Shown: piece after piece, positions 1 to 12,216 of the stretch
Numbering within the stretch: position 1 is the stretch's first letter
Layout of the letters: every line of letters starts with the position of its first letter
Source: the human T2T-CHM13v2.0 reference genome, Homo sapiens
Direction of reading: 5' to 3'
Assembly: GCA_009914755.4 (NCBI GenBank)
Contig: CP068257.2
Span: 22,368,001-22,432,000 of the forward strand
Length of the DNA stretch: 64,000 nucleotides
Program-made: the position numbers and the translations under genes
The notes under the pieces: generated by a model
The model's input: only the letters and a program-made list of their open reading frames with translations
The model's database searches: none
Told to the model about the DNA's origin: nothing

Positions 1-720
1 CAGAGCGGTGGGACTAGGCATTTTAAATACATTATTCCACACCAAATTCAGTGTCAGGCCACACCTAGATCTCATTTTAGGGCAGATAACATCCTTAAAC
101 TACAAAGATGGCTTTGCTTATGGTGAGGATGAGAACGAACAACAGACGGTTTCATTAGAGACACCAAAGAAGCAAGGGAAGTATATGACCAATAATTTCT
201 GCTTTGAGTATAGTAAGAAAAGGACAAAAAATAGTCTTGTCCTTGGCGTATAAAGAGTTGAACAAACACTAACACAGTTTCTAACCACTCAAGCCCAAGT
301 CCCTAATGTAACTCTAACCCTCTTATAGTGCCTGCTTGAGAAAATTTAAGGCTGTCCCCCAAGGTTACTGTTTGTTCCAGCCAACACCTATGAACATGGT
401 TTCTATCTCCCAGTCTGCATGGAATACTAGAATCCTAACTTTGATAATTGCCACGTGACAGACACAGCTAGCCTAACACATTTGCACTGACTAATGCTTT
501 CGCTTCCCTAACTATTGAGCCCCTTGTTTTCCCTCCCTATCCTCCTCAATCTCTCTTTAAAATGCCCAGTTACTTCTGCAAAGTTGAAGTTGATTTCAGT
601 TCATGCAACAGTCTTTTTTTTTTTGAGATAGTATATAGCTGAATAAAAATCCGTCCTTACCACTTTAACCAGTTTTTGGCTTTGTTTTTATTTGACACTG
701 GCAATCTGCTCACGTCTAGA
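1..720 (+). mobile_element. LTR-like fragment (unclassified retroviral LTR R/U5-like end)
   Basis: Block ending '...gctgaataaaaatccgtccttaccactttaaccagtttttggc', with AATAAA at ~642-647. This resembles an ERV LTR poly(A)/R-U5 region. No family assignable by eye. Confidence 0.25.
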
Positions 721-1494
721 AGGCTTAGATATAGCAAAATAAATTTTCTTTTCAAAGGTTGTTAGGCTAAGAGCAGTTTTCTTATATATTCACAGGCCTT
801 TTATAACCAATCAGAAAGTCATCCCAACAGGTAAAAGCAATTCTTATTTGACAAATGTGGAAGGTTCTTTAATCCTTTTTACTCTTCCAATATCAAGGTT
901 AGGTAGAAGGAAAACCATGCATTCTCCACCTGTCCTCCTTCATGCCCCTGTGAGCTCTTACCTGAAGAGAGAAAGTCTTATCCAGTTTGGTCAGAGGGGT
1001 GGCCCCAAATCCCAGGTCTATGCGACTCCTTAGCTAGAAGCTGAGTTGCCTAAGATGTGAATTGCCAACCGTGCACATGCCTTCTGGGGTCCTGGAGAAC
1101 CCTGGGACCTCAGCTGTGTAAGGGCAGCTGTCATTCCTCTTGTCCAATGGCGGCATGGCCAGAAGACTAGCAGAGGCCCAACTTGCCTAGTGGTGCTGGA
1201 CTCCATGAGGCCACAGTCATGGCAGTCACCATCAGTAGGGTGGGTGTATGGGTGTGGGGTTGGGGGTAGCAGGTGTGTGGTTGTTATCCCTGCCTCTGTC
1301 CTTGGACCAGGTGGCAAGTGTTCCAGGCCCACTCAGGAGGGAGTCATGTCCTGCCCCATATCCCATCTCTCCGGCTTACTGGGCCCTTGCAGAAGGTCCA
1401 GCTCATCTCTCTCTCTCATGTCCTCCTGCTCTCACTGCACGCTCCGTCTTTATTAAATTGTCAGTTCTCTCTGCTACCTAGATGGCTGGTTACA

Positions 1495-3165
1495 TCTTCT
1501 TCTATTATTGATTTTTGTATTGATATACTCTTTGCATATGATATAATTCACCCTTTTAAAATGTATCATCCAGTGGTTTTCGGTATAGTCACAACATTAT
1601 GCAATCATCACTACTAATTCCACAATATTTTTATCACGTTCAAAAAGAATTCTGTACTGATTAATTTTCACTCCTTATTTCCCACTGTTTCCAGCCTCTT
1701 ACAAACACTTACCTACTTTCTTAATGGATTTTATTCTGAACATTTAGAATAAATGGCTCATACAAGAAGTAGTGTTTTGGGTCTGGCTTATTTCACTTGG
1801 CATAACGTTTCCAATGTTCATCTATGTTGTGGCATGTACCAGTACTTCATTCTATTTTGTGGCTGAGTAATATTCCATTGTATGCTTATACTATATTTTA
1901 TTCATTCATTCCTCAATAGATGAATATTTATGTTAGGTCCATTTTTTTCCATTATGAATCATGCTCCTGTGAACATTTGTGTACAAGTTTTGTGTGGGAA
2001 TATGTTTTTCCTGGTACATAAACTAGGTATGGAATTACTGAGTCATAGGGTAACTCCATGTTTAACTTTCTGAGGAACTCTGCAACTATTTTCCATAGTA
2101 GTTGCACCATTTTACTTTTCATTTTATGAGTATTTTTATTTGTTCACAGTCATACAGACACTTTTTGTTGTCCTTTTTTTTTTTTTTTTTTTTTTTGGTG
2201 TGGAGTTGTCTCTGTCACCCAGGCAGGAGTGCACTGGCGTGATCTTGGCTCACTGCACGCTCTGCCTCCCAGGTTCACGCCATTCTCCTGCCTCAGCCTC
2301 CTGAGGTGCCCGCCACCATGCCCGGCTAATTTTTTTGTATTTTTAGTAGAGACGGGGTTTCATTGTGTTAGCCAGGATGGTCTCGATCTCCTGACCTCAT
2401 GATCTGCCCGCTTCGGCCTCCCAAAGTGCTGGGATTACAGGCGTGAGCCACCATGCCGGGCCCATTTTTTCTTAATTACATCTATCCTAATGGGTGTGAA
2501 AGAGTGTCTGCTAGTAGTTTTGATTTGCATTTCCTTAATGACAAATAATCCTGAGAATCTTTTCATTTGCTTATAGGTCACATGGATATTTTCCTTACAG
2601 AAATTTCTTTTCAAGTTCATTCCTTATTTCTCAGTGATAGGATTTGAATAAACACCTTTCCAAAAAAGTATACAGATGATGAATAAGCACAAGAATGATG
2701 CTCAAGATCACTACACATTAAATATCTAGAAACACATAAAGAACTCTTACAACTCAACAATAAAATAAGTAATTAGGTTATTTGTCTTTTTGTTGTTATG
2801 TTGTAAGAGCTCATATATATTCTGAATAGGAGACTCTCATTAGATATATGATTTGCGATTATATTATATAAGTTATAGGTTGTCTTTCCAGTTTTTTGAT
2901 AGTGTTCTTTGAAGCACAAAATGTTTTAATTTTGAAGTAAAATTTATGTATTTTTTCTTTTGTCATTTGTGCTTTTGGTGTCATATCTAAGAAACAATTG
3001 CTTAATCCAGTGACACAAAGGTTTACACCTATTTTTTGAGTTTTATAATTTTATGTATCATATTTACTTCATTGATTTATTTTGATTCACCTTGTTATAT
3101 GGTGTGAGGTAAACATTGTGATAATGCATTTTATATGTTAACTTTACTGGATAAAGGAATACCCA
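1495..3165 (-). mobile_element. L1 (old L1M-type) 3' portion: ORF2 3' end plus 3'UTR, split by an Alu
   Basis: The + strand reads as antisense of the L1 ORF2/3'UTR consensus. Examples: 'gtggctgagtaatattccattgtatg', 'tcctaatgggtgtgaaagagtgtctgctagtagttttgatttgcatttcc', 'tagatatatgatttgcgatt', 'tctttgaagcacaaaatgttttaattttgaag'. The match is colinear on both sides of the Alu at 2176-2462. Confidence 0.8.
2176..2462 (-). mobile_element. Alu (AluS/Y-like, full length) nested inside the L1M
   Basis: Poly-T at 2174-2206, then the reverse complement of the Alu consensus ('gagttgtctctgtcacccaggcaggagtgcactggcgtgatcttggctcactgca ... ggattacaggcgtgagccaccatgccgggcc'). Many CpGs are retained. Confidence 0.95.
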
Positions 3166-3185
3166 GATAGCTGGTAATATATTCC

Positions 3186-3738
3186 TTCTGGGTGTGTCTG
3201 TGAGAATGTTTCTGAAAGAGGTTAGGATTTGAATCAGTAGACTGTTGTGATGGTTAATCTTGAGTATCAACTTGATTGGATTGAAGGATGCAAAGTATGG
3301 TTCCTGGGTGTGTCTGTGAGGGTGTTGCCAAAGGAGATTACCATTTGAGTTAGTGGACTGGGAGAAGCAGACTCACCCTCAGTCTGGGTGGGCACCATCT
3401 AATCAGCTGCCAGAATGCATAGAATAAAGCAGACAGAAAAATGTGAAAAGACTTGACTTGCTTCTGGAGTTTATCTTTCTCTCATGCTGGATGCTTCCTG
3501 CCCTCAAACATCAGACTCCAAGTTCTTCAGCTTTTGAAGCTCAAAAGAGTCTCAGACTTAGACCAGTGGTTTGCCAGAGGTTCCTGGGCCTTTGGCCACA
3601 CACTAAAGGCTGCACTCTCAGCCTCCCTACTTTTGAGGTTTTGGAACGCAGACTGGCTTCCTTGCTCCTCAGCTTGCAGATGGCCTATTGTGGGAGTTCA
3701 GCTTGTGATCGTGAGTCAATACTCCTTAATAAGCTCCC

Positions 3739-3806
<68 letters not shown>

Positions 3807-4180
3807 TACTAGTTATCTTTCTCTTGAGAACCCTGACTACTAAAACTGTGTAAAGAAAAGATCTGCCATCATCTGTGTGGACATGCATGCATCATCCCAC
3901 CCAGGTAGAACAAAAAGGCAGAGGAAGGGCAAATTCAGTCTCTCTCTTCTTGAACGGAGACATCATCTCCTCTTGTTCTCAGACATCAGAGATCCTGGCT
4001 CTCGGGCCTCCAGACTCAGGCTGAGTTACATCAATAGCATTTCTTCTGCTTACTGATGGCATGTGGTGGGACTTCTCAGCCTCCATAATCACATGAACAA
4101 ATTCCCATAATAAATCCCCTCTTCTGTATCTATATGTATCCTACTGATTCCGTCTCTCTGAAGAACCTTGACTAATGCAG
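3186..4180 (+). repeat. Interspersed repeat, two adjacent diverged fragments of one family (unassigned)
   Basis: Consensus-like text 'ctgggtgtgtctgtgagggtgttgccaaaggagatta...gtctgggtgggcaccatctaatcagctgcc...cagcttgcagatggcctattgtgggagttc...gagaaccctgactac'. The second fragment at 3890-4180 ends 'tctctgaagaaccttgactaatgcag'. A second copy of the family lies at 58551-58910. Confidence 0.55.
3744..3804. repeat. (TA)n microsatellite, about 30 units
   Basis: Uninterrupted 'atatat...' run inside the repeat above. It generates the IYIYIY ORFs in the track. Confidence 0.95.
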
Positions 4181-4394
4181 AGGTCTAACTTCATTCTTTT
4201 GCATGGAGGTATTTGACACTCCAGTACTATTAGTTAAGAAAAATATTATTCTTATACTGTAATGTCTTGACATGGGTCAAAATAAATTGAGCAAGAATGT
4301 ATTGATTTATTTCTGGAAACTCAAATCATATGATCTAACATGTGTATCCTTATGCTAGTAGCATACAGTCTTGATTATAATAGCTATATAGCTC

Positions 4395-4530
4395 TCCAAT
4401 ATAAATGATAAGATAGTTGTTTTCATGAGTTGGAAGACTTAAGATTGTTAAAATGGCAATACTTTCCAAGTTGGTCTACAGATTGAATGTCATTTCTATT
4501 AATCCCTTTGTCATTTTATTCACTATATAT
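4395..4530 (+). mobile_element. Short L1 ORF2-derived fragment (sense)
   Basis: 'catgagttggaagacttaagattgttaaaatggcaatactttccaagttggtctacagattgaatgtcatttctat' parallels the L1 ORF2 consensus '...catggattggaagacttaatattgttaagatgtcaatactacccaaagcaatctacagattcaatgcaatccctatc'. Confidence 0.4.
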
Positions 4531-4693
4531 TTTTGAAGACTTGCTTTAGTGGTCACTCTGGGAATTGCAATTACCATCTTAACATATTTTTTGTCACTGT
4601 TGCTTAAAACTAAACATTTTAAATAACTTAATGTGGTAATGACTGGAATCAGATGCTTCTCCCCACACCGCAGCATTTGTTGCTATTGCTATT

Positions 4694-4722
4694 TGTTGTT
4701 GGGTTGTTGTTGTTGTTGTTTT
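4694..4722. repeat. (GTT)n microsatellite
   Basis: 'gttgttgggttgttgttgttgttgttttg'. Confidence 0.8.
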
Positions 4723-6305
4723 GTGTAGTAACTTTTCTGAACTAATTATGTATAAGTCTGTTTGTTGTTTGTGGCCACTGAAAGTTCTGCTCAGTTAACT
4801 TAGCTTCTACTTAGTTAGCTTAGTGGTCATCTAATGATTAGCTAGAGATTTCCTAAGATGTGTAAGGAACCAATAAACCTCCCAGTTTTTGCTGTCAGGT
4901 TCTTTGTGCATGTTGAGACATGCCTCAACACTCAGTCATGTAGTTTACATCTTTGCCTTTTCCTTTGCTTCTTGCTTTTACAGAACTTCAAGATTAGCCA
5001 AAGGCAAGAGGACCGTCTAAGGTCTTTCATCCTTGGACACATGCACAGTCCTGTGTATCCAGATGCCATTCAAAATTCTCAAAATGTATTGGAGATTTTC
5101 AAACTTCTTATGAACATCTTATTTCTACCTTTTATTTTTAAGCTTTTTGGTTAGCATATATTTTGTCCTTACTGTTATACACTGTCATCAACAGCTATGA
5201 TATTAAATGATTGGGTCTGTGTATTTTCAAAAGATTCATTCTGGAAACAACTGTTTACACCAGTCAAGCTTTGAGTCATGTCAAATAAAGGTAGCTTTGT
5301 GGATGTGGTCTAATGAGGATGTTCCATGGTGAGTGAGCAGGTAAATGAAAGCCTATGCCCAAAAGCTGAGGGAACTGAGAGGTTGAAGAAAGAGACTGAC
5401 AAATCCTATATCTGTGAAAAAGCTCTTAATAGCGACTTACAAACAGAAACAATATCTCTGGTGGCCAACAGATAGTGGATCTCTGCGCAACACCCTCCAG
5501 AGATTATCCTTTATGAAGCAAGTGTTTTTGGTAAAATGCATGCAACCGGTTATGTCTCATACTTTCTTATGAAGCCATAACCACAGAGCAGGTTACACAA
5601 GCAACTTTATAAGAGGTTGTCTATGCTATAGACATTGTTTCTTTATGAGGGGCTATTGATGCTACAGAAACACATCTTTTTTCACAGTGATTTTGCTTCC
5701 AGATGGCATCATTCTTGCCATGACACAAGCTGTTTTCCTACAAAGAAGCTGCTGGAAAAATAAAATAATGGTAAGAACCTGGGAATGGTAATTCAAGGGA
5801 GTTCCAACTCATTCTACTCTTTCCATTGGCTGCCAGTCTATTGATTTTCACTGTGATTGTGGGTTATTGGTGTTCAAGGCTACCAGGAAGCTGGGAGAAG
5901 AGAACAGGAATTGGAGAAGTTAGGACAAAACAATACAAATCTCTCTTTTCTTACTGAGATGTAGCTACTCTCTTGAATAAACACTCCTGAATTGACGCAA
6001 GTCTTTGCTTAATTTCTAGGACTCCAAAATGTGGATTCTGGGAGTTTTGGCTAGTGTTCTAGTTGCTTTTAAGGAGGAGATAATTTTCACACATTCCACT
6101 TCACCATTTCGCTGATGTCACCCTCCATTTAATTTTAAACCACTTTAATCTTGGGTTTCTAACAATAGGTGCTGAGTCTAATCTTAAACAACAGAAAGAC
6201 AAATGGTAAGAATGAATAATTATATATCCGATTGTGAAAATAAAAAATGCATAATTCATATGAGATCACAGAATGTTATGTAAATTCCTGTGCATGTTTT
6301 CTGTC

Positions 6306-6374
6306 ATATATATATATATATCTGATATATATATATATATATATATATCTGATATATATATATATATATATATA

Positions 6375-6418
<44 letters not shown>
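6306..6418. repeat. Compound (TA)n array punctuated by 'ctg' every ~28-30 bp, ending in (AC)5
   Basis: 'cat(at)n ctg (at)n ctg (at)n ctg (at)n acacacacac'. There are four (TA) blocks. Confidence 0.95.
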
Positions 6419-9060
6419 CTATGATATTAATACTAGAAATTAAAGGTTTAATGCATATGTTAGCTCTCATGATCATTAGTGGAGATGGCTGAAATACTAC
6501 ATTGCTGTCTCTGAGTAGGGTCTGATGTCCCGCGTCTAAGTTTCTTCTCTTGTAGTTTTGCTAGTACCTAGCAGAGTGGAAATTCCAGATTCAATTCAAT
6601 GGTGATGTAAAATTTGGCATTCTTTATTGTGTGTTTGATGATTTTATTTTCTGAATTCAACAACAACAGCAACAAAAGGGGAATCGAATTTTTCTTGTTA
6701 TTCACTGAAAGCTTGTTTTTAAGATGACATACTTGGATATTTAACATTTTCAAATCATTTATTCTAACATATTTGTAAACAGCCACATTAACAAAAACAG
6801 GTGCTACTCTCTTATGATAATATCTGCTTGGGGGGTATATATAAGTGGTCTGTACCATATGTCAGAGGAACCATACAAATCTAGATAGAGTTGCTTTTAT
6901 AAAATATCATCTTTCAAAAATGTCTTATACCCTGGGATAGCATTTATACTGTATAAATCCATATGGATGAAATCTGAGACTCAATTATCTTCCCTTTGGG
7001 ATCATTTCAAACTTCCTACCTAATATTTGTGCCATCATTCTATTTTTAAATATTTTAAAATAATAATATCCGACTTACAATAAAAGTTGCTAAAATAATA
7101 CAAATGATTCTCACACAGCTTTCCCAAATTTCACACAAATTGACATTTCACACAGTTGTTTTATTCTCTCTCTCTTTTTCTCTCAATGTATATTTTTCTT
7201 TTCTAATATAAATGAAGAGAAGTCACAGACATGGGGCCCTGTTAGCTCTAAATACCTCATTGTATGTTTCTTAAAACAAGGATAATCTCTTATATAGATA
7301 AATATGATTATCAAAATCAGAAAATGTCACACCAATCCATTTTTCTGTTTATAATTCAATATAGCATCAAACGTTGCATTTAATGGTCATGTCTCTGAAA
7401 TACTGTGCAGGTCTTTAGTCTTGCTTTTTCCTTCATGACCTAAACACTTATGAAGAATACAAGCTAGTTACTTTGCAGAATATTTGTTAGTTTGGGTCTG
7501 TTTGATGTTTCTTCACAGTTAAATTCAGGTTATATATTTTTGGCAATAATATCAGAGAAATGATGTGTATGTTTCTCAGTATCTCCTAGCAAGAGGCACA
7601 AACTGTGAATTTGGCCCATTTCTAGTGATGTAAACTTTCATTACTTGGTTGAAGTGGTGTCTGCCAGGTTTCTTCTTGTAAAGTTAATGATTTTACCTTT
7701 GTAGTTAATAATGTAGAGATGTTTAAAAATGAGAGAAGTATTCTAATTTTCCTTAAATTTTTGCTCACTCTTTTATTATTTATTGGTCATTTTTAATAAG
7801 AACAGCATTACTGTGGTGACTCCCAAATTGTATGCCATTATTGTTTAAAGGATAAAATAGTCACATATGTTTTATTCACAGTATAACCAAACAAAATACC
7901 ATACAAACAAAAGGTAGGTTAAGCTGATTTATTCATTATACTCTATTGCTATTTCACACATTTTAATTGGTTTTATGATTTACGTTCATGGACCAGTTTA
8001 CGTCTTTCAAGTAGGTTTAGAAAATTTTTCATTCAAAAAATAAGTGGATCTAAAAAGAACAAGTAAAAGCATTTGACAATTTAATTCTGACCTAGGATTT
8101 TATCTTTTCCTTTCAAGCTTTAATAATAGTTTTGGGTAGTGCAGTGTTATAATAGAGTCTGTGTCGTTTGGTATCATTGCCATAATTAATTTTTACTTAG
8201 AACAAGCAAAACAGTCATCACATTGTAGATGGTACTCATAGCATATCCGAACAGAAGGAAGGCAGTGATTGACAAAATGTTTATGTGACAGTTACAATCA
8301 CCATATAAATACACATCTGATGAACTTGAAAATTAACTTGCTGTGTGGAACTGAAGTGCATATTTTTAGAATATAGCTTCCCCTGCTCATTTCAGCTAAA
8401 AGGAGAGTAAACACATAAAGCTAACAAACTAAAACAAACTTATTTTCTTTTTAAAGTCACTTTTAACAACTGATGGCTGGGAGAGGTAAAGACCAGAACT
8501 TCTAAATTCCAATGACATGCAATAAGTGAAATATCTTTTTTTTTTTTAAGAAACAAAGGTTACCATTTGGCTTTATAGTATTATTTAATGATAGCATTTA
8601 AAAATATATTTTTATCTTCTTAAACTTCAGAACCAGATATATGGATACAGTGTTTGCCTGATGTTTGCAGCAGTGCTGGATTCCCTACCCTTCTTCCCTG
8701 CTCTTCCCTTGTGTTTCCCAGAAACTGATTTCACTTAATCCCTCATGATTCCAAGAATACTTTCTATCCAAATTTCTTCCACCCTAGTTCAGTTTCTCCA
8801 CCTCTAATCCAATGAATGTCCTTTTTCTGATTCACAGAAAAAAAAAAAAAAAAGCAAGGCCAGGAACCAAAGGCAAGAAAAAGCAAAAACACCCTGCACT
8901 AGAGGGAAGGTACCAGGGATACTGCCAAATCTTACAGATGAATTCCACCAACATCTATAGAGTTCCAAAGGATTGAAGTATTGAGTAGAGTTTGCTGTAC
9001 ATTTCAGTGTCAATAAAGAATAAAAAATAGCTCTTGTCATGCTATTATCCCCGAAGTGAG

Positions 9061-9426
9061 TGATAGAGTTTGGCTGTGTCCCCACCCAAATTTCATCTTG
9101 AATTGTAACTTCCATCATCCCCACATGTCATGGGAGGGACCCAGTGGGAAGTAATTGAATCATAGGGGCGGGTTTTTTCAATACTGTTCTTATGATAGTG
9201 AATACATCTCATGAGATCTGATCATTTTATAAAGGGCAGTTCTCCTGTACATGTTCTCTTTCCTGCCACCATGTGGGACATGCCTTTGTTCTTCCTTCAC
9301 TTTCCGTGCTGATTGTGTGACCTCCCCAGCTATGTGGAACTATGAGTCCACTAAACCTCTTTTTCATTATAAATTACCCAGTCTCGGGTATGTCTTTGTT
9401 AGCAGTTTGAGAACAGACTAATACTA
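9061..9426 (+). mobile_element. THE1/MST-class ERVL-MaLR 5' LTR
   Basis: Starts 'tgatagagtttggctgtgtccccacccaaatttcatcttgaattgtaacttccatcatccccacatgtcatgggagggacccagtgggaagtaattgaatcataggggcgggtt'. Ends '...ataaattacccagtctcgggtatgtctttgttagcagtttgagaacagactaatac'. This is a classic MaLR LTR consensus. Confidence 0.9.
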
Positions 9427-11007
9427 TAAATTGGTATGGGTAGAGTGGGATGCTACTATAAGAATCTCCAAAAACGTGGGAGTGACTTTAGAACTGGGTA
9501 ACAGGCAGATGTTGGAACAGTTTGGAGGGCTAAGAAGATAGTATAATGTGGGAAAGTTTGGAACTTCCTAGAGACTTGGAGTGCTCAGAAGACAGGCAGA
9601 TGTGGGAGAGTTTGGAACTTCCTAGAGACTTGTTGAATGGCTTTGTCCAAAATGCTGATAGTGATGTGAACAATAAAGTCCAAAATGATGTGATCTCAGA
9701 TGGAGATGAGGAACTTGTTGGGAACTGGAGCAAAAGTGACTCCTCTTATGGTTTAACAAACAGACTGGAGGCATTTTGCTCCTGCCCTAGAGATCTGTAG
9801 ATCTGTGAATTTGAGAGAGATGAATTAAGGTATTTGGCAGAATAAATTTCTAAGTGACAAAGCATTCAAGGGGAAGCAGAGCATAAAAGTTTGGAAAATT
9901 TTTAGCATAACAATCCAATAGAAAAGAAAACCCCATTTTCTGGGGAGAGATTCAAGCCTGCAGCAGAAATTTGCATAAGTAACAAGGAACCAAATGTTAA
10001 TCACCATGACAATGAGAAAAATGTCTCCAGGGCATGTCAGAGACCTTCATGGCAGCTCCTCCCAACATAGGTCTGAGGGCTAGGAGAGAATAATGGATTC
10101 CTGGGCCAGGTCCAGGGCCCCCCTAAGGACTTGGTATCCTGTGTCCCAGCCACTCCAGCTGTAGCTAAAAGGGGCCAAAGTACAGCTTGGCTGTGGCTTC
10201 AGGGAATGCAAGCTCCAAGCTTTGTCAGCTCCTACATCGTGTTGAGTCTGCAGGCACACAAAAGTCAAGAATTGAGATTTGGAAACCTCCACTTAGATTT
10301 CAGAGGATGTATGGAGATACCTGGATGTCCAGGCAGAAGTTTGCTACAGGGGTGGGGCCCTCATTGAGGACCTCTGCTAGGGCAGTGTGGAAGAGGAATG
10401 TGGGGGGGTTGGAGGCCCCCCACACAGTCTCCCCTGTGACACTGCCTACTGGAGCTGTGAGAAGAGGGCCACCATCCTCTAGACCCCAGAATGGTAGCTC
10501 CACCAACAGCTTGCACCGTGAACCTGGAGAAGCTGCAGACATTCAACGCCAGCCTGTGAAAGTGGCAGGAGGGTGACTGTACCCTGCAAAGCCACAGGGG
10601 TGGAGCTTCCCAAGGCTGTGGGAGCCTACCTCTTGCATCAGCATGACCTGGATGTGAGACATGAAGTAAAAATAGGTTATTTTGGATCTTTAAAATTTAA
10701 TGACTGTCCTATTGGATTTTGGACTTGCATGGGGGCCTGTAGCCCCTTTGTTTTGGCCAATTTCTCCCATTTGGAATGGGTATATTTACTCAATGCCTCT
10801 ACTCCCTTTGTGTCTAGGAAGGAAATAACTTACTTTTGATTTTACAGTCTTATAGATGGAAGAGACTTGCCTTGTCTCAGATGAGACTTTGGGCTTGAAC
10901 ATTTGAGTTAATGCTGAAATGGGTTCAGAATTTTGAGGACTGTTGGGGAGGCATGATTATGTTTTGAAATGTGAAGACATGAGATTTGGGAGGGGCCGGG
11001 GGCAGTA
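9427..11007 (+). mobile_element. THE1/MST internal region, non-coding (about 1.6 kb)
   Basis: 'taaattggtatgggtagagtgggatgctactataagaatctccaaaaacgtgggagtgactttagaactgggtaacaggcagatgttggaacagtttggagggc...' through '...gacatgagatttgggaggggccgggggcag'. The text is colinear with MaLR internal consensus. Confidence 0.85.
9546..9641 (+). repeat. Tandem duplication (about 54 bp unit x about 1.8) inside the MaLR internal region
   Basis: 'atgtgggaaagtttggaacttcctagagacttggagtgctcagaagacaggcag' is immediately followed by 'atgtgggagagtttggaacttcctagagacttgttgaatggc'. Confidence 0.85.
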
Positions 11008-11382
11008 TGATATGGTTTGGCTGTGTCCCCCCCCCAAATATCATCTTGAATTATAGCTCTCATAATCCCTACATGACATGGGAGGGACCTGGTGGAAGGT
11101 AATTGAATAATGGGGGTGGGCTTTTTCTGTCCTGTTCTCATGGTAGTGAATAATTCTTATGAGATCCAATGATTTTAAAAAAGGCAGTTCCCCTGCACAT
11201 GCTCTCTTGCCTGCTACCATGTAAGACTCCCTTTGCTTCTCCTTCACACTTGCCATGTGTGGGGCAGATTGTGAGGCCTCCCCATCCACATGGAACCGTG
11301 AGGTCATTAACCCTCTCTTTCCTTTATAAATTACCCAGTCTTGGGAATTTCTTCATAGCAGTATGAAAATGGACTAATACAA
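11008..11382 (+). mobile_element. THE1/MST-class ERVL-MaLR 3' LTR, partner of 9061-9426
   Basis: 'tgatatggtttggctgtgtcccccccccaaatatcatcttgaattatagctctcataatccctacatgacatgggagggacctggtggaaggtaattgaataatgggggtgggc...ggactaatacaa'. Flanks are 'gtgag' (5') and 'tgagt' (3'), giving a 5-bp TSD of 'gtgag' / '(a)tgag'. Confidence 0.9.
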
Positions 11383-11872
11383 TGAGTTTCAATATTTTTT
11401 TACTGGACCATAGATAATGAGAAATACATATTTTCTACAACAATAGCACATAAATATTTTTAGTCAGTTAAATTTTTACAAATAAAATGTATAGATTTAA
11501 TAAGTTAAATATTAGATTTAATAAGTTAAATCTATAAAAAATGTTGATTTTACAATCTTTATGTTTATTTCAAAATATTCATTAGTTCATTGAATTAAAC
11601 ATGAGAAGTTGTGAGACAGTTGGAGGAAGCGTAGAAGTAGAATGTGCTTTAAAGTCAGGAAGATTTGAATTCAAAGCTTAGTTCTGCAATTTACTACTCT
11701 GGGGCCTTAACGGGACTTCATGTTCACTCCAGCCTTAGCTTTCACTTATCTTACAGGCAGATCGTGGATTTTAACAAAGTGAATACATGTAACAGATAAT
11801 AATCCAAGTTTTTTCTTTTCCCTTTACTTTTAGACTACTTTACACTTTGATAAGAAAGACTCTAAAGAAGGT

Positions 11873-12216
11873 GGCTGGTGCTATGAACTGAATGCTTGTG
11901 GCCCCCCAGTATCTGTATGTTGAAACCCTATCAAGGTGTTTGGAAATGTGGCTTTCGAGGTAGTTGGATTCAAATGAGGTCATGAGTCTCTGATGGAACT
12001 GGTGCCCTTATAAGGGGATGAAGAGAACAGAATGCTCTTTATCTTATGAGGATATAGCAAGAAGAGAGCCCTCTGAAAACCAGGAAGAGGACACTTACCA
12101 CACACCTAATAGACCAGCATCTCAGTCTTGGACTTCCCAGCCCCCAGAACTATAAGAAATAAATGTATGCTGTTAAAACTACCTAGTATTTGTTATAGCA
12201 GCCCAAGCTGACTAAG
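11873..12216 (+). repeat. Ancient interspersed repeat, family unassigned ('...tctgtatgttgaaaccctatcaaggtg...gaggtcatgag...ggtgcccttataagggg...cttggacttcccagcccccagaactataagaaataaatg...gttatagcagcccaagctgactaagat')
   Basis: Recognisable widespread mammalian repeat text. A second copy lies at 31075-31440. Confidence 0.55.

Noticed and set aside
3443-3853. Longest ORF in the track (136 aa) plus overlapping 119-aa and 67-aa ORFs
   Set aside because: They run through an interspersed repeat and a (TA)30 microsatellite, which translates as IYIYIY... This is low-complexity sequence with no coding signal.
6306-6418. Regularly spaced ~28-30-bp units that an automated scan might call a CRISPR array
   Set aside because: The genome is eukaryotic. 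The 'repeats' are (TA)n and the 'spacers' are a 3-nt 'ctg', so this is a compound microsatellite.
9200-9240. TATA-like 'ttttataaagggcag' inside the THE1/MST LTR as a promoter call
   Set aside because: It is a generic feature of every THE1/MST LTR consensus. Without expression evidence it is not a regulatory annotation. It is mentioned only within the LTR finding.
10131-10576. Overlapping 129-aa, 80-aa and 78-aa ORFs in a GC-richer block
   Set aside because: They lie inside the non-coding internal region of the THE1/MST MaLR element. MaLR internals are known not to encode gag/pol, so these are chance frames.
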